A stretch of 64,000 nucleotides of DNA from Eledone cirrhosa (lineage: Eukaryota), in the NCBI GenBank assembly GCA_964016885.1, contig OZ024753.1, positions 30,380,001 through 30,444,000 of the forward strand, read 5' to 3'. Position numbers and translations under genes: made by a program. Positions 56,955 to 64,000 of the stretch are shown in pieces (the first letter of the stretch is position 1; each line of letters begins with the position of its first letter). The notes beneath the pieces were generated by a model that saw only the letters and a list, made by a program, of their open reading frames with translations, did no database searches and was not told the DNA's origin.

Positions 56955-57736
56955 ATAATGAAAATTATTATTATTTTTTCTTTTTAAGGTCTTCTACTGC
57001 TTGCTCAAGGAAATCGAATCGTAAAACTGCTGACACTACCACATGTAGCATGTCACTCGGACTGGCTGCTATCCTAAATGAACGAGGCCTTTGTGATACA
57101 TGGAAGTTTGGACGCAGGTGCAAAGGTAATTCTGTGAGCCCCGGTGGTGATGGAACCAGTAGTGATGATTCTCACAGTGGGATTTATACTCGGTCGGGTG
57201 GTTCAAGTAGTGATGCCACCCCGACTCACTTTTATCGGAAGAAGAGATCTGTAAGTGAAGCCAGTGAAACTAATGATGATGGCAATGCTAACAGTTCTTC
57301 AGTAGATGCCATGGACAGCTCAAATGAACTTGGGGCCAAAACCCAATCTGCGGGGGCATCTTTTCTGAGTACTCTGAAATCGAAAGGTTTTTCAATATAT
57401 GGGATTTTATCATCATCATCATCATCAACAACAGAAAACAATAACACTGTGGGAGAAACGATCACAACTGACTCTTCTATTGATAGCACGCTAAAGTGCA
57501 CCGCTGCAACAAACAATGCAGCCATCGCACCAAACGGCAGCGCTAGGAACACCACTCCCACCTCCACCACCACGACCACCTCAACCATTATCAACAACAA
57601 CAACAACAGCAGCAGAGATAGCAGCAGCAATAACAACAGTCAGTTGCCGTCGACAACATCAGTGAACGACAGCGTGTTAGAAGATTCTGGAGTCCTCGGT
57701 GCTATCACATCGTTAAGACAAGGTGGTATATTTTAG
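3764..57736 (+). CDS. TRAK1: Trafficking kinesin-binding protein (TRAK1/TRAK2/Milton family), spliced: join(3764-3865,19653-19769,23646-23746,26526-26564,29366-29459,30386-30464,31322-31452,31907-31981,32177-32394,32958-33173,42567-42743,44613-44752,45377-45523,46266-46398,56989-57736), 838 aa
   Basis: All introns are GT-AG with consistent phases and the total is 2517 nt. Family motifs: KERDLELAARIGQTLL (HAP1 N-terminal coiled coil), [73 protein letters not shown]. TRAK1 versus TRAK2 is not resolvable; an invertebrate gene would be the single milton orthologue. Confidence 0.93.
4229..4305. repeat. Near-perfect 35-bp-arm hairpin
   Basis: aattttattcagcaaagttattaatcttttcttta / taaagaaaagcttaataactttgctgaataaaatt. 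Confidence 0.85.
7768..7956. repeat. Minisatellite ~49 bp x4, derived from SINE tail sequence
   Basis: gtagtcctggtgtcacaacaaaaaatgacccagtctatactgtaaggca. Confidence 0.9.
10668..11099. repeat. Minisatellite 34 bp x~12
   Basis: cacagaagtattggatatagtatggtaaaggagt. Confidence 0.95.
11231..11660. repeat. Minisatellite 50 bp x~8
   Basis: gtgatgtatgtaggtcttccttagttgttagtggagtagggactgacact. Confidence 0.95.
12223..12490 (+). mobile_element. tRNA-derived SINE; related copies at ~18225, 21781, 25680-26131(-), 40370-40570(-), 49195-49320(-), 52760-52890(-)
   Basis: tRNA A/B boxes plus CORE-like tgtgttcttgagcaa motif. Confidence 0.75.
13435..13726. repeat. Minisatellite ~58 bp x5
   Basis: ctgccattttggctttgtggcacagccaagacataccacctagacaggggtgtaacgt. 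Confidence 0.9.
13938..14188. repeat. Minisatellite 35 bp x~7
   Basis: gtctccattgagacctctgaggtcctcagtcccca. Confidence 0.92.
14515..14775 (+). mobile_element. Fragment of a restriction-like-endonuclease (CRE/NeSL-type) retrotransposon decaying into a 22-bp minisatellite
   Basis: AEKRKIAKYWDL..FLFIPVTVKTS resembles the AExxKxxKY...FxPxAxETxG motif; unit caagacctctcgtgtcctctgt x~7. Confidence 0.6.
15064..15560 (-). mobile_element. Longer copy of the same Penelope-like terminal element, flanked by (TA)n
   Basis: 15064-15303 is the reverse complement of ~1110-1350. Confidence 0.6.
16058..16806 (+). mobile_element. Helentron/HINE-like non-autonomous element with internal ~93-bp tandem repeat (x3, 16346-16620)
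   Basis: Starts ACTAGC...GCCCGGCGTTGCTCGGG, has internal tandem repeats, ends tttatagattatgat. Confidence 0.5.
16817..17370 (-). mobile_element. Second copy of the same RTE LINE 3' end, inverted
   Basis: Close reverse-complement match to ~29725-30278. Confidence 0.88.
18488..18826 (+). mobile_element. Full-length tRNA-derived SINE (A/B box head, CORE-like middle, RTE-type tail)
   Basis: TGGCTTAGTGG and GTTCAATTC boxes, ccttgagcaagacacttt core, gttaggaagggcatccagc tail. Confidence 0.85.
19653..19769 (+). CDS. TRAK1: TRAK exon 2 (KERDLELAARIGQTLLEKNKELSDKADHLEDQLTAANDK)
   Basis: ttgcAG acceptor, GTAAGT donor, signature HAP1_N motif. Confidence 0.96.
21245..21755 (-). mobile_element. Three tandem copies (~160 bp) of a Meta-domain-type SINE
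   Basis: Repeated atcgacccc...ggatgaaaggcaaagttaacctcggcgggatttgaac. Confidence 0.8.
23646..23746 (+). CDS. TRAK1: TRAK exon 3 (VSQLKHDLSMKDELLRFYTEDLENAESESDSGTP)
   Basis: Pyrimidine tract plus tacAG, GTAAGT donor; resembles the TRAK QLRHELSMKDELLQFY motif. Confidence 0.95.
23780..23967. mobile_element. pogo/Tigger-like MITE
   Basis: Ends gtaaaattccattataacgaa ... ttgttataacggaatttcattgTA. Confidence 0.6.
24537..24632. repeat. ACC-rich 24-bp tandem repeat
   Basis: accaccactgcaaccaccatagcc x~4. Confidence 0.85.
25114..25329 (+). mobile_element. piggyBac-type MITE family 1 (~210 bp); copies at 6892-7253, 17902-18092, 22859-23073, 28645-28871, ~36118-36330, 54778-54988, partial at 8595 and ~37650
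   Basis: TTAA|CCCTTTAGCATTT...AAATGCTAAAGGG|TTAA termini with TTAA target duplication. Confidence 0.85.
25865..26031. mobile_element. hAT-type MITE inserted into a SINE
   Basis: CAGGGCC...GGTCCTG ends, 8-bp TSD GCAACGTG/GCAATGTG; the SINE resumes on both sides. Confidence 0.75.
26289..26461. repeat. (ATCT)n tetranucleotide tract
   Basis: Directly visible. Confidence 0.9.
26526..26564 (+). CDS. TRAK1: TRAK 39-nt small exon (TKQQPSSSGTDS), phase 2-2, skippable
   Basis: Long U-rich tract plus tttAG, CAG|GTACAG donor, open and frame-preserving between exons 3 and 5. Confidence 0.65.
29366..29459 (+). CDS. TRAK1: TRAK exon 5 (VKPFNLSSINVDNLKKKVRHLEDDNLQLRLE)
   Basis: gaAG acceptor, GAG|GTAAGT donor; coiled coil resembling TRAK LQKKLKDLEEEN. 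Confidence 0.93.
29622..30278 (+). mobile_element. 5'-truncated RTE-clade LINE (RT C-terminus, 3' UTR, (GAT)n tail)
   Basis: RRLRWYGHVMRM...GRPRKTW...DRDLWR; the tail is shared with the SINEs. Confidence 0.88.
30386..30464 (+). CDS. TRAK1: TRAK exon 6 (TSQLASVTEDYEEKEEKLVQDCLKQL)
   Basis: tgcAG acceptor, GTAAGA donor; YEEKEQQLVxDC-like motif. Confidence 0.95.
31322..31452 (+). CDS. TRAK1: TRAK exon 7 ([44 protein letters not shown])
   Basis: Acceptor at 31320-31321, GAG|GTGTGT donor; conserved motif. Confidence 0.95.
31907..31981 (+). CDS. TRAK1: TRAK exon 8 (VSVENLDYSKKLEAFKDTQHKLAKE)
   Basis: tttcAG acceptor, GTGAGT donor, phase 0-0. Confidence 0.93.
32177..32394 (+). CDS. TRAK1: TRAK exon 9 (LSEWQDRYDELLELFEEVQDELRTLRRKH...[13 protein letters not shown]...)
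   Basis: tttcAG acceptor, AG|GTAAAA donor; DSLAxE motif. Confidence 0.95.
32958..33173 (+). CDS. TRAK1: TRAK exon 10 (IHNWKIFETARAAKKASQR...DLDSMSG)
   Basis: tctAG acceptor, GG|GTAAGT donor; K-I/V-FET motif. Confidence 0.92.
33262..33599 (-). mobile_element. Inverted copy of the same SINE
   Basis: Close reverse complement of 18488-18826. Confidence 0.85.
34463..34486 (+). CDS. Candidate 24-nt (or 9-nt, from 34478) microexon of TRAK (WPSFRAN)
   Basis: tttttcaAG acceptor (or ctttcAG), CAG|GTATTG donor, phase 2-2, open. Confidence 0.35.
34971..35337. repeat. Minisatellite 28 bp x~13
   Basis: ggaaatctggaagttttaataaagctct. Confidence 0.95.
37010..37179 (+). mobile_element. hAT-type MITE; copies at 5522-5793 (with nested SINE fragment) and ~46022-46191
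   Basis: TIR CAGTGCTGGATTTA / TAAATCTGGCATTG with perfect 8-bp TSD ACTGCATA (37002-09, 37180-87). Confidence 0.85.
42567..42743 (+). CDS. TRAK1: TRAK exon 11 ([30 protein letters not shown]...DQTF)
   Basis: tacAG acceptor; Milton-domain motif [13 protein letters not shown]. The donor CAG|GTTGGC at 42744 was chosen for phase compatibility; a competing donor exists at 42677. Confidence 0.85.
43935..44135. mobile_element. MITE family 3 (TAACTC...GAGTTA ends); related at ~9717-9893, 24197, 35700, 37367-37640
   Basis: Terminal inverted repeats and shared internal sequence (gtacaaaa...catcacattaaaaatt). Confidence 0.55.
44613..44752 (+). CDS. TRAK1: TRAK exon 12 (DGFSTPMLSATPES...[13 protein letters not shown])
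   Basis: tttcAG acceptor, AG|GTAGCG donor; PEKLQIVKP motif. Confidence 0.94.
45377..45523 (+). CDS. TRAK1: TRAK exon 13 ([30 protein letters not shown]...YNLSDYEED)
   Basis: tgcAG acceptor, G|GTCAGT donor; highly conserved TRAK motif. Confidence 0.96.
46266..46398 (+). CDS. TRAK1: TRAK exon 14 (DYQLCHSKRFAESSTIYTYTDSMVMHPSD...)
   Basis: tccAG acceptor, GTGAGT donor; resembles TRAK STFTFTTxxILHPSD. Confidence 0.92.
48299..48385 (+). CDS. Candidate 87-nt cassette exon of TRAK (KRLWDLERKKAKDTKHLLKPKHGNKGMG)
   Basis: Pyrimidine tract plus cacAG, GA|GTGAGT donor, phase 2-2, open in the TRAK frame, purine-rich island in U-rich intron. Confidence 0.6.
48770..49080 (-). mobile_element. CR1-like LINE 3' end; fragments also at ~20510, 21020, 41875-42005, 56680-56760
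   Basis: Minus strand reads IRKQYSFHDFQKHLFMLRVAEA..PASVVSCRDTASFK, followed by an (ATT)n tail. Confidence 0.65.
50975..51226. repeat. Long inverted repeat (~80-bp arms), MITE-like
   Basis: acattgtatagagctaaaat...gtcagatcagcttgcta / tagcaagctaatctgac...attttagctctatacaatgt. Confidence 0.75.
51747..51972. repeat. Minisatellite 25 bp x~9
   Basis: ttatacatccttacactatagggtc. Confidence 0.93.
53380..53570 (+). mobile_element. Meta-domain-type SINE; other copies at ~3024(-), 5075, 12620, 23150(-), 31485, 33690, 33930, 44815, 50340, 62020
   Basis: gagttcaaatcccgccgag..taactttgcctttcatcc....gataaaataaagtaccag. Confidence 0.8.
55872..55939 (+). ncRNA. Type I hammerhead ribozyme-like motif
   Basis: CTGATGA at 55879-85 and GAAA at 55920-23; helix III ACC/TTT/GGT; GUA cleavage triplet; helix I TTTTATT/AATGGAA; helix II imperfect. 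Confidence 0.5.
56263..56672. mobile_element. Tail-to-tail inverted pair of Meta-type SINEs
   Basis: 56263-56440 (+) and 56503-56672 (-). Confidence 0.82.
56989..57736 (+). CDS. TRAK1: TRAK terminal exon (SSTACSRK...[12 protein letters not shown]...S/T/N-rich...GAITSLRQGGIF*)
   Basis: tttttaAG acceptor in phase 2, in frame with ORF 57050-57736; SLGLxxxLxERG motif. Confidence 0.92.
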
Positions 57737-58739
57737 TCAGTGCAGGTATCTTTTGTGCCACAAACTATGCATTTTTCAACATCAGCTGCTCTATTATCAA
57801 TGGCCTCTCTGTAAAACAATAAGCAGAACAATCCACTTGTTACATAGAACCGAGAATGTCAATTTAGTTGTTTATAGAAATTAATTATTTTAAAATCTTT
57901 TCAGACACTGCTGGGTTTGTTTGTTTGTTTTTAATTAGTGGTTTTTTTTTTGTATTTTTTTAAAAAACTTTACATACACACACACACACACATGCATGCA
58001 TATGTATATACATATATGTATGTGTGTTAGCATGTGCATATGTGTGTGAAAGCATATGCCTGTGTATGTGTGTGTATATATGTATATATATATATAGATA
58101 GATATACACATACATATACATACACAATCATATGTATATACATATATGTATGTGTGTAAGCATATACCTGTGTATGTATGTATGTATGTGTGTATGTATA
58201 TATATTTATATATATATATAAATTAGATTGTATTTTTCTTTGTTTCCTTAATTAGTATAGTGGGAAATGATTTTTTAAAATTGTTATTGCTAACTTTTTT
58301 TTCACAGAAAATGTAACAGACTGAGTGTGTTGTACAAAAGAAACTGTAGAAATATTTTTAGATTATTTGAAAGGTGTTTGTATTTTTTTTTTTTTTTTTT
58401 GTATTTTTTTAATTACCATTTTCTTTTTCATCATTTTTTTTTTCGTTTTTTAAATATATTTATGACATACAATGAGATCTTAATGTCCACACAGATCCTT
58501 GCCATGTCTTCTACATCTGTTTTGTGACACTCCAGCTGCCTCTCACTGGTGTCATATGTGTTCATTACTGAAATAATAACATCAACATCAAACAAACAAA
58601 GAGAAAGTGCTGTAAATTTCACAAAAATATCATCCCATATATAAAATATTTAAAATATTCAGAAATAATCTATTATGTTTTTCCCCATAACAAACAAATT
58701 AATCTAAATTCATCTGGCATAATTTTAAGCATTTCATTT

Positions 58740-58916
58740 GAAATATTTAGCATCCAGTAACCCACACATTTGAGGTATTTATCACCCAGTAACCCACACA
58801 TTTGAGGTATTTAGCACCCAATAACCCACACATTTGAGATATTTAGCACCCAATAAGAGGTATTTATCACCCAATAACCCACACATTTGAGATATTTAGC
58901 ACCCAGAAGCCCACAC
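58740..58916. repeat. Minisatellite ~31 bp x~5
   Basis: cacccaataacccacacatttgagatatttag. Confidence 0.85.
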
Positions 58917-59007
58917 TGAAAAATTGTTTATATTTCATTTCTTCTTCATGTCATTTCTTAATATCATTTTAGTAGAAAATTCATTCCTTACATCTTCCCC
59001 TCCTCAC

Positions 59008-59059
<52 letters not shown>

Positions 59060-59638
59060 ACCAATATCCAGGACCATATCTGAATTTTCATTCTCAGCTA
59101 CTTTAGCAACTAAATTAAGCAAAGTTTCTTTTTTTTTTTTTTTTTTTACTTTAAATAATTTTATTATTGATGTCTTAGCTTATTTTGTAACTTGAGTGTG
59201 GATGTTTGTTTGAGTGTATTAAAATAACATAAGTCTGCTTAGGAAAAAAAATACTCTTTCCTTTAGTAATTACAAAGGTTGGTGTGTATATATTAAAACA
59301 TGTAGCATAATGTTATGTTTTTTTTTTATTGTACAATATGTGAAAGTGTGTGGCTTAATCATTAAGGTACTGGTCTTGTCATGGTTATTAGGTGAACAAC
59401 TTTGATTCCTGAACCTGGCAGCACACTCTCTCCTTGAACAAGATATTTTGTTTCTACTCAAATGGAAAAATGAAATTGCAACAACACTTGCACACATAGG
59501 AGATTGCTGGTCTTCCAGAAAACACCTTGTCTAGGCCTGCACCTTGGAAACGGACTTTCTAGTCTGTGTATAGTAGGGGCTGCATAAAATTTGTGGCAGA
59601 ATTTTATGCATTGAGCACATTTGCACCCTTCCCTTATA

Positions 59639-59721
59639 TATAGGGTGTCTCCCCAAAAGTACACACACTTTGATTAGAATGCTGTTGAAGTGTGTATACA
59701 TTTTTGAGGAGCACCTTGTAT
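59639..59721. mobile_element. Tc1/mariner-type mini MITE
   Basis: TA-tagggtgtctcc...ggagcaccttg-TA with internal inverted symmetry. Confidence 0.55.
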
Positions 59722-60050
59722 ATATAATCTTATTATAATTTAAATTACTCATGTCTCTCACGACTTCTGATGGTCTTTACACAATGTGCACTGGTGTAAG
59801 TGCGCTCCAGTGCACTTACACCATATTTCCATCCTTTTCTTGAGCAGAATTGATGTCGCTAGGCTGGGGCAATCCTTTTGTTTATTGTCCACATACTAGT
59901 GTGTCTGAGAGACAGGAGCTGGGAGAGAGAGAGAGGGGGACTATCAATTTTATTTGAGTGTATCTGTATGTGTATGTAAACGATGATGATGATATACACA
60001 CACATATACTCACACCCTTCTCTCTTTCCTTTCTCTCCTTTAGTTTACTG

Positions 60051-60084
<34 letters not shown>

Positions 60085-60214
60085 GTATAAAAGTAAACAT
60101 ACATATACATGACTAAATATATTGTATGTGTGTGCTTATAAATATACAAATATATGAATATAAAATTGCTAAAATGCTATCTTTAAAACAGCATGTTAGC
60201 ATTTGTATATGGAT

Positions 60215-60255
<41 letters not shown>

Positions 60256-60481
60256 AAGATTACCTACACCCTAGTCTTAAATTTAAGATTGTAATCTATT
60301 GTATATTAAAATTCAGAACTTCCTCCCATTACTGAACATGGAATATGTTTTATTTTCTGAATAAATTATTCTGTGTGTGGTGAATATTCTAATTAAAACC
60401 CAAAATATTACTAAATGATCTTTTAAAAGTTTCAGGTTTATATAAATTCCATATGATCATATTTACTCTTTTTACCAATGG

Positions 60482-60808
60482 TATCCTCTTTTGAAGGACT
60501 TATGTCATATCTTTACATATTTCTGACATATCTGTAAAGATGTGTTACTATCCTCTATTTGAAGGACTCATGTCATGTCTTTACATATTTCTGACATATC
60601 TGTAAAGATGTGTTACTATCCTCTGTTGAAGAACTCATGTCATATCTTTACATATTTCTGACATATCTGTAAAGATGTGTTACTATCCTCTGTTGAAGAA
60701 CTCATGTCATGTCTTTACATATTTCTGACATATCTGTAAAGATGTGTTACTATCCTCTGTTGAAGAACTCATGTCATATCTTTACATATTTCTGACATAT
60801 CTGTAAAG
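60482..60808. repeat. Minisatellite 67 bp x5, each unit containing a hairpin
   Basis: tatcctctgttgaagaactcatgtcatatctttacatatttctgacatatctgtaaagatgtgttac. Confidence 0.93.
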
Positions 60809-61234
60809 CCATTTTATTCTGTCCATCAGTTAAAGCTAGTTATAGGTGCAGGCATGGCTATAGGTGCAGACATTATTGTGTGATTAAGAAGTTTGCTTTG
60901 CACATGGTTTCAGAGATTATCCCACTGCATGGCACCTTTATAGCAGGTGTCTTCTACTATAGCCTCAGGTAGGTCAATGATTTGTGAGTGAATCTTGTAG
61001 ACAGAAACTGTAAGAATCTCTGTCATATATGTGTGTGTCTTTGCTTTTCATTTGACACTGCCAGTCAGTTCTATTTGTTTATGTACTACATAAACAATAT
61101 GTCCTGTGATTTAGCAATTCAACATTGAAAGATCAGAGCCTTACTTAAAAACCAAGTTTGGGTTGGTGTCAAGAACACCCAGCTGTAAAAAAAGTGCACA
61201 TAAAAACAATGATGCAGGAGATGCTGGTTAGATC

Positions 61235-61320
61235 ACTATAATCTCATAAGATATGTATTTCAATGCATCTCCCTCACTATCCTCCAGGGTAATATCTTCT
61301 CCATTCTGTCCACATGGGAC
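61235..61320 (+). mobile_element. CRE-like retrotransposon C-terminal remnant
   Basis: FQCISLTILQGNIFSILS resembles the FQRISxAIQRGNAxSIL motif. Confidence 0.45.
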
Positions 61321-63064
61321 CATGAGCCAGCTTGCACCTGAGGTTCTGCACACCAGAGAACAATCTCCCACATCCGAGTTTGTATCATTTGGATTGTGAT
61401 AGTATAGGTTTCTGATATCTAAGATGTCAGTCAACACACATATACACACACACTCCTACAATTCTGTCTATTCTACAACATTGACACTGTACATATTTCA
61501 ACAAAAGTTTAAAATAATAAGATAAGATAGAGTAGTTCTAATGAAAGACTGCCTATAATTTTCAAACAATTTTGAAAATAACCAACAATTTAGAGGGATT
61601 TGGGAATGCAACTAACTTTCTCATTATTAAGCTGGTATTTGGAACATAACTTAACAGATGTTCTTACATAAAACTATGATGGGAAGTTTATAGATAAATA
61701 TAAACACTTTAAATAAACAACTGAGTATCTTGAGTGTATTTAGACAGTTTGATATTAAAAGGGATAATATACTGTATTGTATAATATCTATGAATAAGAA
61801 TTTCAACAGGTATCTGAAAGGAGAGGTAGTAAGATTGAATCATTTTATATCTTTTTACTGAAATTCAAGGCAAGAGATTTGAATCATAGATTAAACTTTT
61901 ATCACTTGTAGTGATTGAGATAGTAACAATCTGTAAAATTCTACTCTGAAATTTCAATATTCTAAAACCAGTCATTATCACCACCTACAATTTAGTCGAA
62001 TTTAAGGCAGCAAATTAGCAGAGTGATTTAGGTGTCAGACTAAATGCCTTGGTATCTATTCCAACTTACTCCACTTTGGTTTTAAATCCTGCCAAGATCA
62101 GCTTTGTCTTTCCTCCTTTTGAGTACCGGTCTAGTACTGGGGTTGATTCTTCCTCTTTTCTGGCCTGAAGAGAGATAGACTCCAACAGGTTTAAACTGCT
62201 CTGCTCAAGGTTTAAAATGTGTCAGGATGGAGCCCCTACAACTCTATCAGGAATCAAGGACCTGAGCTGAGACAAGTTCCTGACTCTGGTACTATGTTCT
62301 CCAAGACGAATCACCAAAATATTAATTTCTATTAGGAGCCTTTATAGCAGGTATTTCTAATTGCTGTCACTAAACATATTTTATTCATTTCATATTTGCT
62401 TTTAGCCAGTCTTCCAATCAATCTTCACACACATATATGTGTATATTTTAAGCAAATATTTATATATTTTTCTTTTTCTTTCTGATTTCTGCTCTTTCTG
62501 TATATTTTTCTAAGATTGCTTGATAATTTAGTGTTTACATGTCTTCAAATCATTGGTTAATGTTGAATTCTGGTCCAATTTAATCTTTTTTCTTTAATAT
62601 GTTTTAATTCTGAATGCTGTCTTTCAAATATGATCATAAATTTGAAAAAATAATCCATCCAGCAAAAATATTTTCAAGAGTATTTAAGATAAAATTTAAT
62701 CAATTGTAAATTGGATGGTAGACTTAATCTGTCGCCTGGTTTGATGCTATCTCCAAGTCCTTGAATGCCTTTGGTGGAGTTCACTGTGTTGCCAGATCTC
62801 CTATTTGAGGCTACTTTCCTCTCTCTTTGAATAAATAATTAATTAAAAAAACTGCTATTGTGACCAGAATTCTAAGTTTGTTCTACCTTTGCTGGAAGAA
62901 GAGTTGACAGTAACTGTAAACACTAATTATTAGCTTTGAGCTGGTTGCTTTTGTTTTTCTATAAATTTTCGTTTCTTTCAGAAAGAGCTGAGCCCATCAG
63001 CAAAGATATAGGTTTTTACACTAAACACTTTGCACAGTTGCACTATATTTTACTTCCCAAACTC

Positions 63065-63660
63065 TTTCTAAGCTGCCTATTTCTATACCCTTGGTAAATT
63101 TCAAGCTGCTCTTCTATTTGATATTTCTAAGCTACCTATTTCTATATCCTTGGTCTATTTCTAAGCTGCCTATTTCTATATCCTTGGTCTATTTCTAAGC
63201 TGCCTATTTCTATATCCTTGGTATATTTCTAAGCTGCCTATTTCTATATCCTTGGTCTATTTCTAAGCTGCCTATTTCTATATCCTTGGTCTATTTCTAA
63301 GCTACCTATTTCTATATCCTTGGTATATTTCTAAGCTGCCTATTTCTATATCCTTGGTCTATTTCTAAGCTGCCTATTTCTATATCCTTGGTCTATTTCT
63401 AAGCTACCTATTTCTATATCCTTGGTCTATTTCTAAGCTACCTATTTCTATATCCTTGGTCTATTTCTAAGCTGCCTATTTCTATATCCTTGGTATATTT
63501 CTAAGCTGCCTATTTCTATATCCTTGGTATATTTCTAAGCTGCCTATTTCTATATCCTTGGTCTATTTCTAAGCTGCCTATTTCTATATCCTTGGTATAT
63601 TTCTAAGCTGCCTATTTCTATATCCTTGGTATATTTCAAGCTGCTCTTCTATTTGGTATT
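63065..63660. repeat. Minisatellite 34 bp x~16
   Basis: tatttctaagctgcctatttctatatccttggtc. Confidence 0.95.
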
Positions 63661-64000
63661 TGTTTATAAATACAACTTTTTCTCTTCAGCAATACTGAGC
63701 CTCACTCACTAATTTTGCTACCCTTAGATTTTTCTCTTTAATTATTATTTCTAATTCTCAACCTGCTACCTCACACTACTTTGTGACATATAATGCTTCC
63801 TTTTGCATCTCTCAATTTGCTAGCTTTAAGCTGAACTTTTCCTAAAATTCATTCTTGGATAGGTTTTCTCCGAATTTCTCAAAACCCTATGAAAATGAAT
63901 TCAATCTCTTGCCTTTTTCATGTAAAATTCTGTAAGATTTATTGCTAGAAATAATAAATTTATGTTATTAGCCTGTGTAAGGAATAGCTTCTTAATGTTT

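Noticed and set aside
57232-57636. 134-aa minus-strand ORF
   Set aside because: Antisense shadow of the low-complexity TRAK terminal exon.

Overview
This is AT-rich, microsatellite-dense eukaryotic genomic DNA; the SINE/LINE repertoire suggests an octopod cephalopod (inference). One + strand spliced gene spans most of the window: a TRAK1/TRAK2/Milton-family mitochondrial trafficking kinesin adaptor. I reconstructed it by hand as 15 phase-consistent GT-AG exons from 3764 to 57736 (2517 nt, 838 aa), starting from what looks like an alternative first exon. Two further unannotated frame-preserving candidate exons (24 nt and 87 nt) and a competing splice donor are also visible. The introns hold tRNA-derived SINEs, RTE/CR1/CRE-like LINE fragments, piggyBac-, hAT-, pogo- and Tc1-type MITEs, a Helentron-like element and many minisatellites. 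The most unusual signal is a set of short, mutually unrelated, often palindromic cassettes embedded in (TA)n runs that carry hammerhead-ribozyme-like cores (Penelope-like/retrozyme style). One has a nearly complete type I fold on the pre-mRNA sense strand (55872-55939), and one multi-copy family has a CAGAAGA variant core. Most ORFs in the supplied track are microsatellite or repeat noise. All alignments and folds were done by eye.
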